A stretch of 55,445 bases of DNA from an uncultured Bacilli bacterium (lineage in GTDB: Bacteria > Bacillota_I > Bacilli_A > RF39 > UBA660): positions 1-55,445 of the forward strand of contig CALVHX010000003.1 in the NCBI GenBank assembly GCA_944329195.1. Direction: 5' to 3'. Position numbers and translations under genes: made by a program. Below are positions 18,968-30,418 of this stretch, piece after piece. The first letter of the stretch is position 1. Each line of letters begins with the position of its first letter. Below the pieces are notes generated by a model, which was not told where the DNA came from, made no database searches, and worked only from the letters and a program-made list of their open reading frames with translations.

Positions 18968-20434
18968 ATGGAAAAGTATGTTAAATGGCTATTTTTCTTT
19001 TTTGTAATATTATTATGTCATATTACTAAAAGTAATAATTTATTTTTACTTACAATAAGTTTTAGCTTACTAATGATATTTTATAATTTGTTTTCATGTA
19101 ATAATTTTAAGAATATCTTGAGTAATTATCATGATAAAAAATATTATCATTCAAGAGATAAGCTATTTAAATACTTTGTATCATTTGTTTTTGTTATTAT
19201 GCTATTTTTGGGGTTATTTTCTTATTTGTTAGGTAACATTATGGGAATTTATAAACTTGGGGTTGTTAATATTACTTCGATTATTTTTCTTTTTTTCTTA
19301 ATTGTTACTAGGATAACTGGTGAATATTTGGAAGTTATTGGTCATAAGAAAATTGGAAGTAATTTATTTAGTGTCTTTTTATTTGTGACGATTATTGTCG
19401 ATTTAGTTGGGGCTATTTTAACTTTCAATATATTTAAGTTAGATGATTATTTTGGTGTTATGTCTCTTTATTTGGGAAGCGTTTTAACTTTTATTCTTTT
19501 ATTTACTATATTATATTTCAAAATATTTAGAAAGATGAAAAGGAATACTTATAGAGATAATCGTGAATTAAAAATAAATTATTTTAAAGAAATTAAGAAT
19601 ATATTTATTAAAGATACTACCATTGTAGTATTTAATATTATTAAACCTTTTTATATATATTTTTCTATTGTTATTTTATATTATTTACTGATAAATAAAT
19701 ATGGTTATAATTATGATGAAGTTGGTCAAATTATTACTGATACTTATTTTTTTGGTATTATTGTTTTTTATTTTATTTATTTGGTGATGAGGTCATTTTA
19801 TATTAATAATATAGAGGATTTAATAAATGAAATAAAAAATAAGAATAAAAAAATTAATGTTATGTTTAATAATTTAATTAACAAGGTTGTCGATCTTTCA
19901 CTGATGATTTGCATTGTCTTGTCTGTTATATCTGGACCTATAAATTTGTTACTTTTTGATAATAATTATAATGTTGTTTTAATTTTGGTCCCTTTTTTAT
20001 TATTTTATATTTTATACGATGTTGTTGTAAGGATTAATTTGGTGTGTAATAAAAGTAAGACGGTATTAATTATTATCTTACTTGGCGCTTGTGTAAAGAT
20101 GATATTTGAGGTTGGCTTTATAGCTACGGTGTATAGAATGGGATATAGTTTAATATTCGGAAGTATTATTTCGAGTGTACTGGGCTTTACTATTAGTATA
20201 ATTATAGGTTTATTTTTTATTCAGAGGAGACTAAAGATTTCCTATTTAGAAAACTTTACTAATATCTTAAACATTATTTATGATAATCTTTTGTTTTGTG
20301 CTATTTTAGTCTTGTTTACTTTAGTTGTGAAAGTAAACACTGATACTATTTTGTCTAGTATTTTAGTAATTTTATTTTATTTGATGGTGTCAACTTTACT
20401 AATTTTTATAAAGAAAAGATTGAAGAAAAAATAA
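18968..20434 (+). CDS. Divergent MOP-superfamily flippase (MurJ/YtgP/SpoVB-like)
   Basis: About 13-14 hydrophobic segments with a central loop; pattern of polysaccharide-biosynthesis exporters. Confidence 0.55.
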   Translation: MEKYVKWLFFFFVILLCHITKSNNLFLLTISFSLLMIFYNLFSCNNFKNILSNYHDKKYYHSRDKLFKYFVSFVFVIMLFLGLFSYLLGNIMGIYKLGVVNITSIIFLFFLIVTRITGEYLEVIGHKKIGSNLFSVFLFVTIIVDLVGAILTFNIFKLDDYFGVMSLYLGSVLTFILLFTILYFKIFRKMKRNTYRDNRELKINYFKEIKNIFIKDTTIVVFNIIKPFYIYFSIVILYYLLINKYGYNYDEVGQIITDTYFFGIIVFYFIYLVMRSFYINNIEDLINEIKNKNKKINVMFNNLINKVVDLSLMICIVLSVISGPINLLLFDNNYNVVLILVPFLLFYILYDVVVRINLVCNKSKTVLIIILLGACVKMIFEVGFIATVYRMGYSLIFGSIISSVLGFTISIIIGLFFIQRRLKISYLENFTNILNIIYDNLLFCAILVLFTLVVKVNTDTILSSILVILFYLMVSTLLIFIKKRLKKK

Positions 20435-20504
20435 TTCTATTTATTGCACTTTTCTTCTTATTATGGTATTATTGTATTAGTATAAATGGTACGGAGGTAA
20501 GTTT

Positions 20505-22034
20505 ATGAATAGTCTTATTAATAAAAGAAATGTTTTCATAGTAGTTGGTATTATGGTTTTTATTTTTTTACTTGGTGGAAGTTATGCTCTTTGGAAATAT
20601 GTTAGTACCGCTAATGCTGATATTAATACTATTACTCATGGTCTTGACTATTATATAAATTATACTAAAGGCCAAGATATTACTTCTGGGGTATTAAATC
20701 AAAGTTTTGACTATACAGGTGGAAATAGTACTGATATCGAACTTTGGAAAAAGGATAATACATACGATATATACGGTCATATTTATTTAGATGTTGAAGA
20801 AATAGGAAGTAATTTGCGGAAGGCTTCTTCTTTGAAATATGTGGTTCTCAGTGGGGAAAATATTATATCGAACGGAAGCTTAAGGGGGATTAATCAAGGT
20901 AAAAAAGTTCTTTTGAAAGGTGATATTCCGCTTATGACTAGTAAGCAAGTTTTTACTGTGTATATATGGCTTGATATAACAGAGGAAACAGATGAAAGTG
21001 TTTCTGGAGAAACTTTGGATATTAGTGTAGTATGTGATGCTACTATGATGGAGCTTGGTCTTCCTAATTACGATGGTACTAGGGATATAATTGTCGATAA
21101 GATAAGAGATATGTACAATAATGCTACTAAAACTGTTGTGACTAACAATGGTGTTAGATATAATTATGCAACAAGTGTAAACTTGATGGAAGATGCGGAC
21201 GGTAATATTAGGTATTATGGTGCAAATCCTAACAATTATATATACTTTAATTGTTCTGATTATAGTAATCAGTCATCTGCTACTTGTGAAGTATGGCGTA
21301 TAATTGGTGTTTTCGGGGATAATTTAAAGATAATGAGAAGTGGATCGATTGGTTCTTATTCTTGGGATAATAAGGATGATACGAGTGGTTCGGAAGGAAG
21401 TTATGGTAAGAATGATTGGTCTGATGCAAGAATTATGAAGTTATTAAATCCGGGTTATACTACGCAAAGTATTGGAGGAAGTCTATACTATAATAGTAGA
21501 AGTGGCAATTGTTATGCTAATGGTGCTAATGCTTATACTTCTTGTGATTTTACTAATAGTGGCTTGAAAAATGAGACAACTAGAGCGCTTATCGAAGAAA
21601 TGACATGGAATTTAGGTGCTCACAGTAGTACGGGAGTATATCCAAATCAAATCTATCAATATGAAAGAGGAACTAATGTATATTCTGGAAGACCGACAAC
21701 TTGGAATGGCAAAGTAGCTCTTCCTTACGCATCAGATTATGCTTATGCAGCAGACTTGAGAAGTTGTAATAGTCAGCTTTCTAGTTATAGTAATTCTAAT
21801 TGTACATCGACCAACTGGATGAAATCTGTCTTTGGTAGTCAAAGACTTGTCTGGCTTCTTACTACATCATCCGCTAATAGTCATTATGTTTGGTACGTAG
21901 AACCAACTGGTAATTTAAATGTCAATTCTGCTTTTGGAGTACCTGAAATTTTTCCTACTGCTTATCTTGATTTTTCATCTTCTGTGCTTTCTGGTACGGG
22001 GACTAGTACTAATCCTTATATGTTAAATGTGTAA
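20505..22034 (+). CDS. Surface protein with C-terminal DUF6273/C-type-lectin-like domain
   Basis: N-terminal TM ending GGSYA; YYGANPNNYIYF, WRIIG, WLLT...VWYV...G...P..YL, GTGTSTNPY. Confidence 0.65.
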   Translation: MNSLINKRNVFIVVGIMVFIFLLGGSYALWKYVSTANADINTITHGLDYYINYTKGQDITSGVLNQSFDYTGGNSTDIELWKKDNTYDIYGHIYLDVEEIGSNLRKASSLKYVVLSGENIISNGSLRGINQGKKVLLKGDIPLMTSKQVFTVYIWLDITEETDESVSGETLDISVVCDATMMELGLPNYDGTRDIIVDKIRDMYNNATKTVVTNNGVRYNYATSVNLMEDADGNIRYYGANPNNYIYFNCSDYSNQSSATCEVWRIIGVFGDNLKIMRSGSIGSYSWDNKDDTSGSEGSYGKNDWSDARIMKLLNPGYTTQSIGGSLYYNSRSGNCYANGANAYTSCDFTNSGLKNETTRALIEEMTWNLGAHSSTGVYPNQIYQYERGTNVYSGRPTTWNGKVALPYASDYAYAADLRSCNSQLSSYSNSNCTSTNWMKSVFGSQRLVWLLTTSSANSHYVWYVEPTGNLNVNSAFGVPEIFPTAYLDFSSSVLSGTGTSTNPYMLNV

Positions 22035-22064
22035 TAAAATAGAATAAAAAGAGAAGGTGTTTTT

Positions 22065-24410
22065 ATGGCTAACGTGAGTAATTATTATATAGATAAAAGA
22101 GAAAACTTAATTAGTAATAAAGACTCTTATGTTGTTGGAAAAAAGTATCGTTTTACTGTTTTATCTTCTCGTTTAATTAGGCTAGAATATAGTGAAAGTG
22201 GTGTTTTTGAAGATAGACCGACATCCTTAGTCATAAATAGGTCCTTTCCAAAAGAAGAGTATTCTATTACTGAGAGTAATACGCTTATACAAATTACTAC
22301 TAGTGTTTTTACAATTACTTATGTAAAGGAAAGTCCATTCAAAGCGGGACCTTTGGGTGGAAACCTTAAAGCGGCAATTAATGGGACTGATAAGGAATGG
22401 CAAATTAACAGTCCAGAAGCTAAAAACTTTAGGGCTATTAATTATTCAATTGACAGCGCTAAAAATAAGATTGTTTTAGATAAGGGTCTATATTCTTTAG
22501 ATGGTTTTTGTGTTATTGATGACTCTAATTCTTTAGTGTTAGATGATAATGATACTTTTGTCGAAAGAGAAAATAAGGAAAAAGATTTATATTTATTTTT
22601 GTATAATAAAGATTTTGAAGGATGTTTAACTGACTATTTTACCTTGACTGGTTATCCGAATTTGATACCGAGATATGCATTGGGTGTGTGGTGGTATAAG
22701 AATGATAAATATAACTCTAATGATATAATTAATTTAGTAAATAAGTTTAGCAGTAGTAATGTGCCTTTATCAATTTTTTTACTGGGAGATTGTTGGCATG
22801 GTGAAGTTAACTATTATACTCCTAATAATAGTCAGATAGATCTTTTAGGAATAAGTAATTTTTTAAATCAACAAAAAATAAAATTAGGGGTAACTATTAA
22901 TCCGAAATTGGAAATTAAGAAAGGAAGCTTTGAATATAATATAATCAGTAGTTACTATAATGGCGATAAACTTAATTTTATTCCTCTATCTAATGAAAAA
23001 CTCGGTATTTATTTAAATTTATTTATAAATAATTTAGAAAATTTGGGTGTTGATTTATTTAGTATCGATTACAACAATGCGTTAGATAGAATTACTCTAT
23101 GGAAATTTAATCATTATCATTGTGGTAGAAATGAAATAAGAAATAGAAGGGGACTGGTATTATCTCGTAATAGTGGCATAGCATCTCATCGATACCCTGT
23201 TGTCTTTAGCGGAAAGACATTAGTTAACTGGACGACGTTAAATTTACTTCCAAGGTATAATTTACAGGCATACAATATAGGAATATCTTTTGTTGCACAT
23301 CCAATAGGGGGATATTTTGGTGGTGTAGAAGAGGATGAATTATATTTAAGATACGTTCAGTTTGCCACTTTTTCTCCTATTTTCTTACTTGCTAGTGAGG
23401 GTGGAAAATATTATAAAAGGGAACCTTGGATGTGGAATTCTATTATAGAAAGACATGCCTTATACTATATGAATTTAAGATATCGTCTAATACCGTATTT
23501 GTATACTGAAAGTTATGATTACCATAAAACTGGTCATGGTATAATTAAACCTTTTTATTATGATTATCCTAAAATAGTCGATGAACCTATTTTTAATAAT
23601 CAGTATTTTTGGGGAAGGGAGTTTTTTGTAGCTCCTATTACTAATAAGAAGAATTTAATTATTAATAGGGTGATGAAAAAGATATTTGTTCCTTCTGGTA
23701 TTTGGTTTGACTTTTTTAATGGTAAAAAGTTTAATGGTAATAAGAATTATAATAATTTTTATCGTGATGAAGATTATCCTGTTTTTGTGAAAGCAGGTGC
23801 TATTGTGCCTATGAGTATCAATATAAGAGAGGAAATACCAAGTGCCTTAGAAATCAATATATATCCTTTGGCTAGCGGTGAGTATAGTCTATATGAAGAT
23901 GATGGATATAGTAATAATTATAAGAGAGGATTGTATATGATAACTAATTTTAGTTATCAATATGAACAAGATAATTATACTTTTAAGATAGAAAAAAAAG
24001 ATGGTAAGAATTTACTTAATACGAGAAGTTATCTGTTACGATTTAAAAATACTAAGAATATAACTGAAGTAGTTATTACTGATAAAATGGTTAAATATAA
24101 CTGCTATTATGATGGAAATGATTTTATAGTGAGTTTAGATAACTTAATTATAGGTAGAAATTTTGAAGTTAATATAAAAGGGAAAGATATTTTGGTTAGT
24201 TCAGTTAGAGTTATCAATGAAGAAATTAAGGAAATATTGTATGACTTGCAGATTGAAACTAAACTTAAAGAAAAAATTGATGAAATACTATTTAGTGATT
24301 TGGAAGTAAAGAAAAAGAGAATAAAGATTAGAAAATTAAAGAGAAAGGGTCTGGATAGTAAATACATTAAAATATTTATTAATTTACTTGAATATGTCGA
24401 GAAAGCATAG
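22065..24410 (+). CDS. Glycoside hydrolase family 31-like protein (probable pseudoenzyme)
   Basis: LTGYPNLIPRYALGVWW, HRYPVVFSG, ELYLRYVQF, LRYRLIPYLYT, LYEDDG (DUF5110-like). Confidence 0.85.
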   Translation: MANVSNYYIDKRENLISNKDSYVVGKKYRFTVLSSRLIRLEYSESGVFEDRPTSLVINRSFPKEEYSITESNTLIQITTSVFTITYVKESPFKAGPLGGNLKAAINGTDKEWQINSPEAKNFRAINYSIDSAKNKIVLDKGLYSLDGFCVIDDSNSLVLDDNDTFVERENKEKDLYLFLYNKDFEGCLTDYFTLTGYPNLIPRYALGVWWYKNDKYNSNDIINLVNKFSSSNVPLSIFLLGDCWHGEVNYYTPNNSQIDLLGISNFLNQQKIKLGVTINPKLEIKKGSFEYNIISSYYNGDKLNFIPLSNEKLGIYLNLFINNLENLGVDLFSIDYNNALDRITLWKFNHYHCGRNEIRNRRGLVLSRNSGIASHRYPVVFSGKTLVNWTTLNLLPRYNLQAYNIGISFVAHPIGGYFGGVEEDELYLRYVQFATFSPIFLLASEGGKYYKREPWMWNSIIERHALYYMNLRYRLIPYLYTESYDYHKTGHGIIKPFYYDYPKIVDEPIFNNQYFWGREFFVAPITNKKNLIINRVMKKIFVPSGIWFDFFNGKKFNGNKNYNNFYRDEDYPVFVKAGAIVPMSINIREEIPSALEINIYPLASGEYSLYEDDGYSNNYKRGLYMITNFSYQYEQDNYTFKIEKKDGKNLLNTRSYLLRFKNTKNITEVVITDKMVKYNCYYDGNDFIVSLDNLIIGRNFEVNIKGKDILVSSVRVINEEIKEILYDLQIETKLKEKIDEILFSDLEVKKKRIKIRKLKRKGLDSKYIKIFINLLEYVEKA

Positions 24411-24436
24411 TATAATACTTGTTTAGATGGAGGTAA

Positions 24437-24829
24437 TTGTGTATGAATGAGGTACTTAATATTTTACTTGAATATATTATTGTATATGTACTTATTTTCA
24501 TACTTAATTATCTTTTTTTTGTAAGAAGAAAAACAAAGTATAATAAAAATAAAGTGCCAGTAGAATTTTACTATTTAGTAAATTTGTATAAGCTCGATCA
24601 AAAGAAAATTAATTATAAAAAGTTTATTTATATAACGGCTTTTATTAATACCTTTATTGTAGCTAGTACTTATATTGTTATTTATAGATTATTAGATAGC
24701 TGGATATGGCAACTTGTTTTTGGGATAATAATAATTATTTTATTGATTGTAATTTGTTATGGATTACTTGGTAGATATTACCAAAGAATTATGAACAAAG
24801 GAAAGAAGAGAGGTAAGAAGAATGTATAA
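24437..24829 (+). CDS. Hypothetical membrane protein (3 TM)
   Basis: GGAGG RBS, hydrophobic segments, overlaps leuS start. Confidence 0.7.
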   Translation: MCMNEVLNILLEYIIVYVLIFILNYLFFVRRKTKYNKNKVPVEFYYLVNLYKLDQKKINYKKFIYITAFINTFIVASTYIVIYRLLDSWIWQLVFGIIIIILLIVICYGLLGRYYQRIMNKGKKRGKKNV

Positions 24830-27638
24830 TTTTCGTAAAACAGAAAAAAAATGGCAGGAGTATTGGGAAAAGAATGATACCTTTAGAACTGATATTTACG
24901 ACTTTAGTAAACCTAAATATTATGTTTTAGATATGTTTCCTTATCCTTCCGGTGTCGGGCTTCATACTGGTCACGCCGAAGGATATACGGCAACTGATAT
25001 AATTGCTAGGATGAAAAGAATGCAAGGATATAATGTACTTCATCCAATGGGATGGGACTCTTTTGGGCTTCCAGCGGAGCAGTATGCTATTAGTACTGGT
25101 AATCATCCTAATGGTTTTACTGAGAAAAATATAGAAACGTTTAGAAAACAACTCAAGTCACTTGGCTTTTCTTATGATTGGAGTAAAGAAATATCTACTA
25201 GTGATCCTAAATATTATAAATGGACACAGTGGATATTTAAAAGACTATATAATGATGGACTTGCGAAATATATCGATATGCCAGTTAATTGGTGTGAAGA
25301 ACTTGGATGTGTACTTTCCAACGATGAAGTTATAAATGGAAGAAGTGAAAGAGGTGGATATCCTGTTATTCGTAAAAATATGAAACAATGGGTTATGGAT
25401 ATTCCAAAGTATGCTGAAGTGCTTCTTTCTGGTTTAGATAAATTAGACTGGCCAGAGTCGACAAAGGAAATTCAAAGAAACTGGATTGGAAAATCGGTTG
25501 GAGCAGAAATTACTTTTAAAGTAGCAAATACTAACAAGGAATTTATCGTGTTTACGACGAGAGCGGATACTTTGTTTGGGGCTACTTACTGCGTGCTTTC
25601 TCCCGAGCATAAATTAGTTGATGAAATTACGACAGATAGTCAAAGAGAGGCTGTAGATAAATATAAAGAAATTGCCTCTACTAAATCTGATTTAGAAAGA
25701 ACAGAGTTAAATAAAGAAAAAACGGGATGTTTTACTGGGGCATATGCAATAAATCCTGTAAATGGTAGGAAGATTCCGATTTGGATTGCAGATTATGTTT
25801 TAGCTACATATGGTACAGGTGCCATAATGGCAGTACCTGCACACGATGAGAGAGATTATGAATTTGCTTCAAAATTTGGCCTTGATATTATTCCTGTATT
25901 ACAACAAGAAACGGGAATAAGAAGGGAAAAAGAAAGCTTTAAAAATATTATAGTAGCTGTTATTTATGATCAAAATTCAGATAAATATTTAACAATAAAC
26001 TGGAAAGACAAAGATGGAAGATTATTTGTTAGCGGAACTAAAAAAGAAAATGAAACCGATTTAGAATGTGCTATAAGAGAAATACAAGAAGAAACGGGGT
26101 ATACCAATATTAATTTTGTGAGAAACACTTTTCCTATTAATCATCATTATTTTGCCTATAATAAAAATAAAGCTTACTCTATAAATGTAGTTGGTTTGCT
26201 ATTTGAATTAGTAGATGATACTAAAGTTAACACTAATTTAGATGAAGATGAAAAGGATAATTTTAAAATTGAATGGGTATGTAAAGAACAAATTTCGGAG
26301 GTAATCGATGAACTTCACAGTACTGTATTTTGTAATCTTATATATCCTAAAGCTTATACTGGAGATGGGGCTCATATAAATTCTGATTTCTTAAATGGAC
26401 TTGGCAAACAAGAGGCAATTGATAAAATGATTTCATGGCTAGAAGATAAGAAGATAGGTAGTAAGAAAGTTAATTATCGCTTAAGAGAATGGATTTTTGC
26501 TAGACAAAGATATTGGGGTGAACCTGTTCCCGTTGTCCATTTAGAAGATGGAACTATAAAATTATTGGATGATAAAGATTTACCGCTAGTGCTTCCTGTT
26601 ATGGAAGATTATAAAAGCAGGAATGGTAAAGCTCCTTTAGATAATGCCCAAGATTGGAAAAATGTCGTAATAGATGGTGTTAAAGGCGTAAGAGAAACTT
26701 CAACGATGCCTGGAGCGGCAGGGTCTTCTTGGTATTTTCTTAGATATATTGATCCACACAATGAAAATGCTATTGCAGATGAAGAATTACTTAAGCACTG
26801 GATGCCTGTCGATTTATATATTGGAGGACCTGAACATGCTGTTGGACATTTATTGTATTCAAGATTTTGGAATAATTATTTATATGATAAAGGTATATCT
26901 CCAGTTAAAGAACCATTTGAAAGATTAGTTCATCAAGGAATGATACTTGGGGAAAATGGTATTAAAATGGGTAAGAGATATCCTGAATTTGTAATTAATC
27001 CTACAGATATTGTAAATAGTCATGGAGCTGATGCACTTCGCTTATACGAAATGTTTATGGGACCATTAGAGGCAGATAAACCATGGAGTAGTTCTGGTAT
27101 TGATGCCGCTAAAAAGTTTATCGATAGAATATATAGAATTTTTGAAGATGGTAAAGTACTCGATAAAGAAAATAAAAAGCTGGAGAAAATTTATCATCAA
27201 ACAATTAAGAAAGTGACAAGTGATTATGAAACTCTTAACTTTAATACTGCTATCAGTCAGATGATGATTTTTGTAAATGCTGTCTATAAGGAAGGTTTTT
27301 TACCTAGAGAATATGCTTTTGGCATTGTTAAAGTACTTAGTCCTCTATGCCCTCATTTAGGAGAAGAACTTTGGGAAATGTTAGGTAATAATAATACTAT
27401 TGCTTATGAAAAGTGGCCTACCTTTGATGAGAATAAAATAGTAGAAGAAGAAGTGTCTATTGCTGTCCAAGTTAATGGTAAACTAAGAGATACTATTAAG
27501 GTATTACAAGATGCTGATAAAAGTGTACTAGAAAATGAAGCACTTAATAGTGAAATAGTTAAGAAGTGGGTCGATGGTAAAGAAATAGTAAAAATTATTA
27601 CTGTACCTAATAGAATTGTAAATATTGTCGTAAAATAG
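24822..27638 (+). CDS. leuS: Leucine--tRNA ligase with inserted Nudix domain
   Basis: [46 protein letters not shown]; Nudix box at 26034-26102. Confidence 0.98.
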   Translation: MYNFRKTEKKWQEYWEKNDTFRTDIYDFSKPKYYVLDMFPYPSGVGLHTGHAEGYTATDIIARMKRMQGYNVLHPMGWDSFGLPAEQYAISTGNHPNGFTEKNIETFRKQLKSLGFSYDWSKEISTSDPKYYKWTQWIFKRLYNDGLAKYIDMPVNWCEELGCVLSNDEVINGRSERGGYPVIRKNMKQWVMDIPKYAEVLLSGLDKLDWPESTKEIQRNWIGKSVGAEITFKVANTNKEFIVFTTRADTLFGATYCVLSPEHKLVDEITTDSQREAVDKYKEIASTKSDLERTELNKEKTGCFTGAYAINPVNGRKIPIWIADYVLATYGTGAIMAVPAHDERDYEFASKFGLDIIPVLQQETGIRREKESFKNIIVAVIYDQNSDKYLTINWKDKDGRLFVSGTKKENETDLECAIREIQEETGYTNINFVRNTFPINHHYFAYNKNKAYSINVVGLLFELVDDTKVNTNLDEDEKDNFKIEWVCKEQISEVIDELHSTVFCNLIYPKAYTGDGAHINSDFLNGLGKQEAIDKMISWLEDKKIGSKKVNYRLREWIFARQRYWGEPVPVVHLEDGTIKLLDDKDLPLVLPVMEDYKSRNGKAPLDNAQDWKNVVIDGVKGVRETSTMPGAAGSSWYFLRYIDPHNENAIADEELLKHWMPVDLYIGGPEHAVGHLLYSRFWNNYLYDKGISPVKEPFERLVHQGMILGENGIKMGKRYPEFVINPTDIVNSHGADALRLYEMFMGPLEADKPWSSSGIDAAKKFIDRIYRIFEDGKVLDKENKKLEKIYHQTIKKVTSDYETLNFNTAISQMMIFVNAVYKEGFLPREYAFGIVKVLSPLCPHLGEELWEMLGNNNTIAYEKWPTFDENKIVEEEVSIAVQVNGKLRDTIKVLQDADKSVLENEALNSEIVKKWVDGKEIVKIITVPNRIVNIVVK

Positions 27639-27754
27639 GCACTCAAGTGAGTGCTTTATATGTTATTTAGATACTATATAGTATTTTGGAAAATACGAAA
27701 AAAATCACAAATTTTTTATGGTGATTTATATTCAAAAGCAATAGGTGGGATGAT

Positions 27755-28348
27755 ATGAGTAAAATTTCAAATGCTATTCAAATGGTAAATTATTTAAATA
27801 CAGGTAATAAATATACTGTGAAGGAACTCGCAGCAAAATTGGGTGTCACTGAACGCATGATTAGATATTATAAGGCAGAATTAGAGCAAGCTGGAATTCC
27901 CATAGATACTTTCATGGGACCAAATGGTGGATATTACATATTAAATATAAAAAATCAATATAATCACTTTAATAAATATGATTTGCAGTTATTAGAAAAT
28001 GTTTACAGAATTTTGGAAGAGAATGGTTATGAAGATATTGATAAGTACTGGAAAATAATTGATAAGATTAGAGTTGCTAGTGATATTGAGGAAGAAAAAA
28101 GTAAATATTTTCTAGATAATTCAACTGGTAATAATTCGGAATTATATTTTATATTAAAAAAAACGATTGTAAATAGATCATCAATAAGAATCTTATATAG
28201 AAATTTGAAGCAAGAATGGCAAGAAAGGATTATCCATCCTTTACAGATATTTAATTATGAAAATAAGTTTTATGTAACGGCTTTTTGTGAATTAAGAAGT
28301 GATATTAGACATTTTGAATTTGATAGAATTAGATTGAACGATAAATAA
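27755..28348 (+). CDS. HTH-WYL domain transcriptional regulator
   Basis: wHTH ELAAKLGVTERMIRYY...GPNGGYY; WYL RIIHPLQI...FYVTAFCELRSDIRHFEFDRI; no C-terminal WCX domain. Confidence 0.93.
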   Translation: MSKISNAIQMVNYLNTGNKYTVKELAAKLGVTERMIRYYKAELEQAGIPIDTFMGPNGGYYILNIKNQYNHFNKYDLQLLENVYRILEENGYEDIDKYWKIIDKIRVASDIEEEKSKYFLDNSTGNNSELYFILKKTIVNRSSIRILYRNLKQEWQERIIHPLQIFNYENKFYVTAFCELRSDIRHFEFDRIRLNDK

Positions 28349-28353
28349 TTTAG

Positions 28354-28383
28354 ACGAAATATTTCCTACATGTGTGCTATAAT
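28354..28383 (+). promoter_or_regulatory. Extended -10 promoter with palindrome in the -35 position
   Basis: TGcTATAAT at 28375-28383; ACGAAATATTTCCT at 28354-28367 (one mismatched pair). Confidence 0.5.
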
Positions 28384-28408
28384 ATAGTTACAGGTGGAGG
28401 TGGTTAAA

Positions 28409-28885
28409 TTGAATAAAAAAATATTTATTGATTTTGATGGCGTGATTTTTGATACAGAAAAAAGGGTAGTTGATAGAAAAAAACAAAATCCAAAAATGAG
28501 TTGGAATGAATTTTTCGAAAATTTAGATTGGTTTCAATTGTTAGAAGAATCAATGGTTATAAATAATGCAATTGATTATATATTAGAAGGACAATCGAAA
28601 TCCAAACAGATTGCTATTTTAACAAAAATTCATACTTTGGTTGAAATGCAAGCCAAAGTAAAAGCATTAAGAAGTAGAGGGATAGAGGTTCCAATATTGT
28701 TTGTTCCTCCTCATGTTAAAAAGAGTCAGGTTTATTTACCCAATAATGAAGAAATTTTGATCGACGATAGTCTTAAAAATCTTGTCGATTGGAAGCAGAA
28801 TGGTGGAACTAGTATCTATTTTAATGAGGAATTAGTTTGTATACCTCAATTTAAAACAATAAAGTCTTTAAACAAGGTATTATAA
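28409..28885 (+). CDS. Small HAD hydrolase, 5'(3')-nucleotidase-like
   Basis: IFIDFDGV, ILTK, KKS, LIDDSLKNLVDWKQNGG; TTG start after GGAGGTGG. Confidence 0.82.
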   Translation: MNKKIFIDFDGVIFDTEKRVVDRKKQNPKMSWNEFFENLDWFQLLEESMVINNAIDYILEGQSKSKQIAILTKIHTLVEMQAKVKALRSRGIEVPILFVPPHVKKSQVYLPNNEEILIDDSLKNLVDWKQNGGTSIYFNEELVCIPQFKTIKSLNKVL

Positions 28886-28894
28886 GGTGGTTTT

Positions 28895-30418
28895 ATGATA
28901 AGCGAGGAATTGATAAAAAATTATGAAAGAGCTCTAATGCAAAAATATAATGCCGTTTGTTTTGACATTGATGGTACTCTTACCGAAGATAATTCAACAA
29001 GGATAGATGTTCGAATATTACCTATTCTAGCGAATATATTAAAGCGACACATTCCGGTAGTATTTATAACTGGTAGGGGAGAGACTGGACTGAATGATTT
29101 ATCAAGAGAAATAGTTTATGATTTAAAAAATAAACATGGTGTTACAGATAAACAATTGTTAAAAATGTACGCCCTTACTAATGATGGTGCTAGGATATTT
29201 ATGACTAGTAATGGTAGTAGTAAACTTTTTAATGTTAGTGAATATATTTCAGAAAGAGAAGACTTGCTTAAACTAAATGAGTTAAATATCAAGATTGTTA
29301 ATTTGTTGAGGTCAACTGTATTAGGTGATTACTGTAAAGTTACTTATTCTAAAGATTCTGATAGTGATTTAATAGTTAACATTCGATTGTTAGTTTTAGA
29401 TGAAAGTATTGAAGTCAAAAATACAATAATAAAAGAAATTGAATCTTTAATAAATGATACTAAAAGCTGGAATATTAATTTAACTATTGGAATACATAAT
29501 GGGAAGCAAATTCTACAAGTAGGCACAACAACAAAGGATAAGGCAATGCAAGTGGTTGAAAGAATGATTGGTATTCCACAAAATTCGATGTTAAGGATAG
29601 GAGATTGTGGAGATAAAAATGGTAATGACTATTCGATGTTGAATTGTCCCCAAGGATTTAGTGTGAATAAAGTAAGTGGTAAGAATGATAGTTGCTTTCC
29701 AGTTATTGATAATGGAAAAATAATAAGGGGAGTAAATGCTACATTATTTTTAATGAAAAAAGTTAAATTATTACCAACGATTTGTTTAGAACACGCGATA
29801 CAGGAAGATTATAAAAAAGCATATGCTAAAGTGGAAAAGAAAATGAATCAAGGTAAAAACAAAAATATTTATTATTTTGATGGTTTAATAAATGAAAAGT
29901 TTCAGACAGTTTATGGCATTAATAGTTTGTTCGATTCATCCAGTGGAAGTATCAAAATTCCCATGTATGAGTGGGTTAATATATCAGATGATAACCAGCT
30001 TAAACGGTTGTGGTTAACATATGATGGTGCAAGTTTATGTTATTCCATGTATGATAATGAAAATATTTTACTAAGAGGTTCAAGAATATATTACTACTTT
30101 TTGTCACAAAGATTTCATGATGAAAAGAAAAAAGAAGATATAACAACTAAAGAGATGATATATGGTTGGTTGAATAATAATGGAGAGTTTTTGCTTCAAT
30201 CCTTGAATGCTTTTAGTAATGTTAATGTAGATGAATTAAACAACATAAAAATGATATTGGGAATAATTGATAATGTTAGAAATTATCTGCTGATTTTATT
30301 AAACCAATTAATTGTTGGAAATGATACGGAAAAAAATATTATGTTAAATTTGACTTGTTTAAATAAAAATACACTGATTTATAAAATATACAATAATTTG
30401 GTAAGTGCGAAAAATTGA
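28895..30418 (+). CDS. HAD type IIB hydrolase with C-terminal extension (possibly N-part of a HAD-PRTase fusion)
   Basis: CFDIDGTLT, FITGRG, TKDKA, IGDCGDKNGNDYSML. Confidence 0.85.
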   Translation: MISEELIKNYERALMQKYNAVCFDIDGTLTEDNSTRIDVRILPILANILKRHIPVVFITGRGETGLNDLSREIVYDLKNKHGVTDKQLLKMYALTNDGARIFMTSNGSSKLFNVSEYISEREDLLKLNELNIKIVNLLRSTVLGDYCKVTYSKDSDSDLIVNIRLLVLDESIEVKNTIIKEIESLINDTKSWNINLTIGIHNGKQILQVGTTTKDKAMQVVERMIGIPQNSMLRIGDCGDKNGNDYSMLNCPQGFSVNKVSGKNDSCFPVIDNGKIIRGVNATLFLMKKVKLLPTICLEHAIQEDYKKAYAKVEKKMNQGKNKNIYYFDGLINEKFQTVYGINSLFDSSSGSIKIPMYEWVNISDDNQLKRLWLTYDGASLCYSMYDNENILLRGSRIYYYFLSQRFHDEKKKEDITTKEMIYGWLNNNGEFLLQSLNAFSNVNVDELNNIKMILGIIDNVRNYLLILLNQLIVGNDTEKNIMLNLTCLNKNTLIYKIYNNLVSAKN

